From positions 76,260,001-76,324,000 of the forward strand of contig NC_043002.1 in assembly GCF_006345805.1 (NCBI RefSeq): DNA of 64,000 bases, read 5' to 3'. The notes under the pieces are model-generated. The model was not told the origin of the DNA, made no database searches, and was given only the letters and a program-made list of their open reading frames with translations. The translations under genes were made by a program, and so were the position numbers. This DNA comes from Octopus sinensis. Taxonomy: Eukaryota. Of this stretch, positions 58,132 to 64,000 are shown one piece after another. How positions within the stretch are numbered: position 1 is the stretch's first letter; each line of letters starts with the position of its first letter.

Positions 58132-58201
58132 ATACTATAATCATAAATGATTATATATTGAATTTTGAGATACTAGAAGGCACCAACTCAACTCAGTATC
58201 A

Positions 58202-58278
<77 letters not shown>

Positions 58279-58425
58279 TATATGTATGTATGTATGTATG
58301 TGTGTGTGTGTGTGTGTATTAATAATAATAATATGTGACAACAAAAGAATGAACGAGATCTCGATATTATGTAAAATAGAGGAATTTATCTATAAATACA
58401 CTATGTGACAATTAGTTGGTTGTCA

Positions 58426-58488
58426 TAATAAAACTCAGAGTTTCGGATACCGGGGATGAAGTCTGCTCCGACATCTCATCAGTTATTA
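58426..58488 (-). ncRNA. Type I hammerhead ribozyme motif, intact core (triplet GUU)
   Basis: rc: UAAUAA-CUGAUGA-GAUGUCGG...CCGGUAUCC-GAAA-CUCUGAG-UU^-UUAUUA; palindromic stem III ACUCUGAGU. Confidence 0.75.
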
Positions 58489-59079
58489 AGACAAAACGCT
58501 ATGGAAAAAAACCGTTAAATAAAGGGAAATTACTCCAATAGGAATGGTAAAAATAATACTTCATTCATGGAATTCACATATGCACACATATACACACACA
58601 TACATGTACGCACACACAAATGTATGTATATATATCTATATACATACTCACACACGCGTGTACATACACATACAAACACACATATATACATATATATGTC
58701 TATGCATACACGCACATACACACGCAAATATACGCATCCACGCATCACTACGCTCATATATGCAACTTTGTAGGCCTTGATAGACGTGCTGGGGGACATG
58801 CTGAGAAGGATTTTGCAGGAATTGGAATTAATAGACAACTTTTGGTTAATAGACAACTTCTTCATACATCTAAAAGGATTTTTAATGCAGCCTCGTTTGC
58901 TATTCCGATAGTAACCATATTGTAAGCATCTACCAGTTCTTTAATGAAGACGTTTAATTTCAGGCATCTCTAATGATACTTTTGCGATCACGTGCATTAG
59001 TGACCATCGTAATAAAATTTAGAGATTCACAATTGTTTGGTTAGAATTTTTGTTTCATTATAATTCCTCAACTGATTAT

Positions 59080-59314
59080 ACCTATTTCTTTACCACCCAC
59101 AAGGGGCTGAACACAGAGGGGATAAACAAGGACAGATACACGGATTAAGCCGATTACATCGACCCCAGTGCGTAACTGGTACTTATTTAATCGATCCCGA
59201 AAGGATGAAAGGCAAAGTCGACCTCGGTGGAATTTGAACTCAGAGCGTAGCGGCAGACGAAATACCGCTAAGCATTTCGTCCGGTGTGCTAACGATTCTG
59301 CCAACTCGCCGCCT
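59080..59314 (-). mobile_element. SINE family A, full length
   Basis: Ends GCTAACGATTCTGCCAACTCGCCGCC (head rc); conserved body. Confidence 0.92.
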
Positions 59315-59799
59315 TTCAACCGTGTGTATGGCAAGTGAGAAAATGATCCTGCCAGAAACCATATAATACTATATAGTTATATCATTCTTTTTTGTAGAAT
59401 CACTAAGTTACAGGGATGTAAACAAACACCGGTTATCAAGCGATATGGCTTACAAGCAGAAAAACACGCACACACACACACAGCGAGTTATATTCCTACA
59501 TACATGCATGCATACATACATACATACATGCATACATACATACATACATACATACATACATACATACATACATACATACATACATACATACATACATGGT
59601 AGCTGCCCCCTCATTATCGAGTATGGCCATTGCACGAAGCTTAATCAATGTTGTTATCGTGCAATGCCTGTGCAAGAAGATTTTTTCTAAAGTGAGGAAA
59701 GGCTGTGCACTGAGTCAATCCCACTCACTAAGCAACAGCAGCCATAATCCGAAAAGAAGAACAAGTCAACATCATCAGTAACCACTGAGCCGCAAGTTT

Positions 59800-60090
59800 T
59801 ATGTCGGAGTTATCCCAGTTACCTTCTCCTAGAAGGATGCCCTAACAAAAGCTAGGAGTCCTTCACTCCCAATGGTTTAACCGAGCGATCGGGTATTCAG
59901 TCCGATTATTTCTATGTCCCCGCGCATGATACAGCCCTAAGACATTTATTGGATGGCCGTTGACTCTCAAGAGTTCTTCTGCCCTTTGACGGGTTTTGTT
60001 TTTCATCCCGCAGGGTGTCCAATAAACACCCTCCTCACCAAGCAAGCTTGGTGGGGTTGCCGGTTTAGTCGCCGACGACCCGACCATGCA
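59800..60090 (-). mobile_element. Probable RTE-type LINE 5' UTR fragment
   Basis: GC-balanced island next to (TACA)n. Minus strand has ...GGGCATCCTTCTAGGAGAAGGTAACT, resembling RTE 5' UTR motifs as I recall them (unverified). Confidence 0.4.
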
Positions 60091-60449
60091 TACATACATA
60101 CATGCATACATTCGTATATACGTACAGGCTGCGAGTGGTATTTGAGGTCACTTATGGTATTTTAATAAAACAACTCTAATACAGCGAAAAAATAACGTAT
60201 TTTTGCGAAAAATAATGTGTGCACATGTTCTCAATAAACTTTTTTCTAAGAATATTCTTTGAATCTGCCTTAAATTTCAATGACTACATCAATTCTAGAT
60301 AACAATCGTTGACTAAATGAGCCTCATTCATTTCGAACTCCATCTGAACAACGACAGCCTTCAGTGAAACGATGATTGTGAGGTATGTTGATTAATTCCA
60401 CTTTCAGTAACGTGCCGAACGTAGTCGTCCATGATGATTTAAATCTGGT

Positions 60450-63400
60450 GAGTATTAAGTATGGATCACTCCATCGATAGCAAATTTGGTAAAATTCTCC
60501 GAAAATACTTGGTAAAATTTAATCTTTTCGTTCTACCACCAGGCGAAAAAGATCAGATCACAAAAAGAACTGTGATCTATCCGACTCCACTACAGGTAGA
60601 AAAATACCTGAAAGATGTCTGGGGTTCGATCTGGCATGTGAGAAGGGCAAGAGATTTTGGATCTCTCATTGGTATATGCCATAGCGAAGAGGCAGCGAAA
60701 AAGATGGCCTTGCATACTTGCTCCTCAGGTGAACATATTTTCATTCCATCTTCTTCGGGGTGAATAAGGTTACTTTTTCGAATGTGCCTCTGGAGCTTAG
60801 CATCCAATATTTCGAGATGCTACTTGATGAGTATGGCGATATTCTAACTTTCAAATCGACCCGGAGTGGAAGTAGAAACCCTGGTGACCGCAGAAAGCTT
60901 CCATACGATCTCTGACATAATTGATATGGAAAGTGTGCGCCCATAAGAGTTGTGCTTGAGAACAAAAAAGGTTACGTGTTACACCTGCGAACGTTTACCC
61001 CATCAACCCTTAATTAAAGAAACCGAAACCACCCTTGTTGACAATTCCACAACCTCAACTACAACCCTGTGAGCAGATCAGGATCCCTACACCAAATCCT
61101 CGGCAGCGAAGAAGTTTGAACCCCGCTCCCGCTGAAGAGTAAGTTCTTCCCATATCTCCTGCTCTATAAACCAACAACGACGATTCGAATTCTTCTTTCG
61201 ACCAGATTTCTCCCATGTCCCACCAGATACTTGGGGAATGACGTGTAGAAGAAAGATCAGGCCGAAAGATGACAGTCTCCAGAGGGAATATGCGAAAACG
61301 GGGGAGGGTTCAAGAAAGTAACAGAAACAACTACAAACAACAACAGCAGCAGCAGCAGCAGCAGTAACAACATCATCAACAACAACACAGCAACATCAAC
61401 AACAGGAACATCATCATATCATCAACATCAAAAACAACAAGAAAAGACGCAAACTCTACAACCAAAACTAAAACTGTTAAAAGGAAACAATTTAAACGGC
61501 ACACAAAATGTATCCATCAACTTTATTGATGTGAACAAAAGCAACAGTGAATGGATTATCTAACTGACAATAAAAATAAAATCCGAAAGACAGACTTTTA
61601 CTTAAAACACCTTCGAATTTTATCGACCCGGTTACTGGAAGTTACTGGAAGTTAACCGGCAGGCAAAGACTACACGGACCGGATTAGTGAACTAGTTAAG
61701 TGACAGTTGACAGGGGAATCATCAACGGCCGGTTGCGGGGCACCCTGAAGGTTATTAAAGTAGAATCGATAGCGTTTAGCAAAGCGTTAATAATAGAAAG
61801 AAATGGATTAGAGGGAGAACTGGTTAGAAAACTGAGACGATTAGTAAAGGCATCATGACCGATGTCATGGCAGCGAGAATGATCTTGGCCATTTCTTCGG
61901 GGTGAAATACGAAGGCTACGATGTCAGAGCTCAGGACCCATGCGCTCAAATACGAAGGAACTAAAACCGTCCGATAGGCCGAACGGTTGAGATGCGATGT
62001 GGCAACCACCATCAGGACTTTGACGAATCGGAACGGGCGCGTGCTATTCGGGTCCGAGCAGATGTGCACGGCTCTCCAAGAGTACCTTGTACGGCTGTTT
62101 GGGGAGTCGACGATGGTTGTGGATTTTAGTACATACTTGGACGGATTGCCGCGGTACTCTGCAGTAGACGCAAGGTTCTGCGAAAAGCCAATAACGGTCA
62201 CTGAAATATGGGGGGAGGGTGATAAGCGATTGTACAAATCACAAATTGCCCGGTTTTGATGGTCTACCCTATAAATTCTATGAGTTCATGTCCGATTTGT
62301 TTGGCAGCCATTTGGTAAACGTCAACTGTAGCTGGCAACAGAATGGAAAACTTCCTCGCGTTGTTATCTGGAGTATGGTAACGTTGCTGAGGAAGGACGC
62401 TGACAATGGAGACGTACTAGAGAATTTTCGGATGATAACTTTGCTCAACACAGAGTTTAAGATTTTGGCCAACGTGCCGACGAAAAGGTTGGAGCATGTC
62501 GTCGGTAGTCTAGTTGGGGAATCACAAACGTACGCAATCCCGAATGGGTCTGTCCACAACCTCTAGCTTAGGTGGTTCATTATAGAGAAGGCTGGGACTA
62601 AAGCTGGCTTCGTTGGGGCCCTGATCCATTTGGATTAATCCAAAGCATTCGATATGGTCGACTATCGCTACTTGGAAGCCGTCCTGGAAGCGGCCGGTTT
62701 CGAACCGATTTTCAAAGGCTGGATCACTAAATGCACAGCGGCAACTGCTCGGTGGTCATAATAAACGACAACTCATCGGAACAATTTGGCATCGCACTCT
62801 CAGTCCGTCAGGATTTTCCGCTGTCTCCTCTTCTATATGTGCTGGCTCTTAAGCCACTGCCACGGAAGTTAGGACAGTCAGGGGACATCCCTTTCGAACT
62901 GGGACACGCGAAAGTTGTGACGACATACAACGACGATGTCATCATCATAGTGTCGGACACTATGTTGCCGACCGCCTCTGAAGTGGAGGTGGTCGGCAAC
63001 ATTCTAAAGGAATACGAGTCGGTTGCAGGGGCCAAAATCAACTCTGGCTAGTCAGTGGGCTTGCGATAGGACACCTAGAGAGTAAAGTCAATGCCGTCGG
63101 GCGGCGTCGTTGGACGTTGGACTGACGGACGAGATAAACTGATTTGATTCTGGTTCGGTCTTGATCTCCAGGTGGATAAGAACTGGGATGAGGCGACGAA
63201 CAGGGAGGCCACTCTTACCCAGAAATGAGCAAAGTGGAACCTGTCATCATCTATCGCTCGACCGTCGTGCCCTGCACCGGCTACCGCTTGATCAGACTGA
63301 AACGCCTGTTATCTATTTTCTTGTGGAAAGGACGCGTTTCAGTGATTAAACGGTATGTCTGTTGCCAGCAATCGTTGTATGGTGGTTAAGCATACCATAG

Positions 63401-63840
63401 CTTTTGATACGCATACACAGGATGAAATTACGCCACTTACAATGATTCCTAGACATCAAACAAGAATGGTCTCCACTCAAATCTTTCTGTTGTTCATCTC
63501 TTCTCTACTAGTGGGGCAATGAGATCGGAGGACGTTTCACTCTAGCAACAGATAAAGGATTAGTGATGGGAAAGTGTGACGGTGTTCTCAGGGAGACTCC
63601 GCGCATCGATGAAAATGAAATAGCTTGTCTGTTCCGGGATACATTCCGATCGGAGACTTTCAAAAATAGTAAGAGTGGATAGCACTTTTCTAAGTGTAGA
63701 CCTGTAACTCGAAGAAGAATTGGAGAGGGCACTTGCCTTGGTATTCAGGGAGATCCTGGACGTTGGGGTTCCTAGATTATCCCAAGAAGTCCTCTATCAG
63801 GAGGACGACATCACTGTCATCTCTTTTCTTTTCTTTCTTT
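60450..63840 (+). pseudogene. Decayed L1/Tx1-type LINE (ORF1 relic + RT; endonuclease region not seen)
   Basis: ORF1-like KVTFSNVPLELS...PIRVVLEN and CYTCE knuckle remnant (~60765-60990). RT motifs CEKPITVTEI, KLPGFDGLPYKFY, ENFRMITLLNTEFKILA, LD*SKAFDMVDYRYL, VRQDFPLSPLLYVLAL, TYNDDV, GAKIN. Many stops and frameshifts. Confidence 0.9.
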
Positions 63841-63899
63841 TTACACTTGTATACTATGTATGCTGTCTTCTTTGCTTTATTGTGTACCATGTATACTCT

Positions 63900-64000
63900 T
63901 CAACTCTTTTACTCTTTAACCTGTTTCAGTCATTTGACTGTGGCCCTGCTGGAGCACCGCCTTTAGTCGAGCAAATCAACTCCAGGACTTATTCTTTGTA
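63900..64000 (-). mobile_element. SINE family B 3' end, runs off the window
   Basis: TGTTTCAGTCATTTGACTGTGGCCCTGCTGGAGCACCGCCTTTAGTCGAGC. Confidence 0.88.

Larger units (their letters stand above)
57251..58202 (-). mobile_element. Non-coding retrozyme-like / PLE terminal-repeat element: 359-bp direct repeats around a 234-bp core, embedded in (TA)n
   Basis: 57251-57609 and 57844-58202 differ at only 2 positions that I can find (period 593). Each contains a hammerhead motif. No ORF. Confidence 0.85.

Noticed and set aside
59885-59965. HDV-like ribozyme around ATG-TCCCCGCG-CAT
   Set aside because: A P3/L3-like hairpin is present, but there is no P1.1 GG or convincing P1/P2, and it is antisense to the presumed element.
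60461-63349. Active LINE or host gene
   Set aside because: Multiple stops and frameshifts, catalytic motif altered to YNDD, and no endonuclease domain visible.

Overview
AT-rich, repeat-saturated eukaryotic DNA with no intact protein-coding gene that I can support. The tRNA-headed SINE families and the extreme (TA)n/(CA)n/(TACA)n/(GATA)n load suggest an octopus (coleoid cephalopod) intergenic or intronic region; this is inference, not a database result. Most ORFs in the track are microsatellite read-throughs. Real coding relics are two decayed Penelope-like elements (PLE; RT + GIY-YIG), two isolated GIY-YIG tails, two mariner derivatives and a decayed L1/Tx1-type LINE. There are also hAT and Tc1-type MITEs, probable non-autonomous Helitrons and a 100-N gap. 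Three signals stand out. (1) A non-coding, retrozyme-like element at 57251-58202: two 359-bp direct repeats, each with a type I hammerhead ribozyme motif, sitting in (TA)n, with further hammerhead motifs elsewhere in the window. (2) A 1.5-kb, CpG-rich 34-bp minisatellite whose unit matches a segment of the local SINE 3' region. (3) A 269-bp near-perfect fold-back hairpin. Coordinates were counted by eye and may be off by a few bases.
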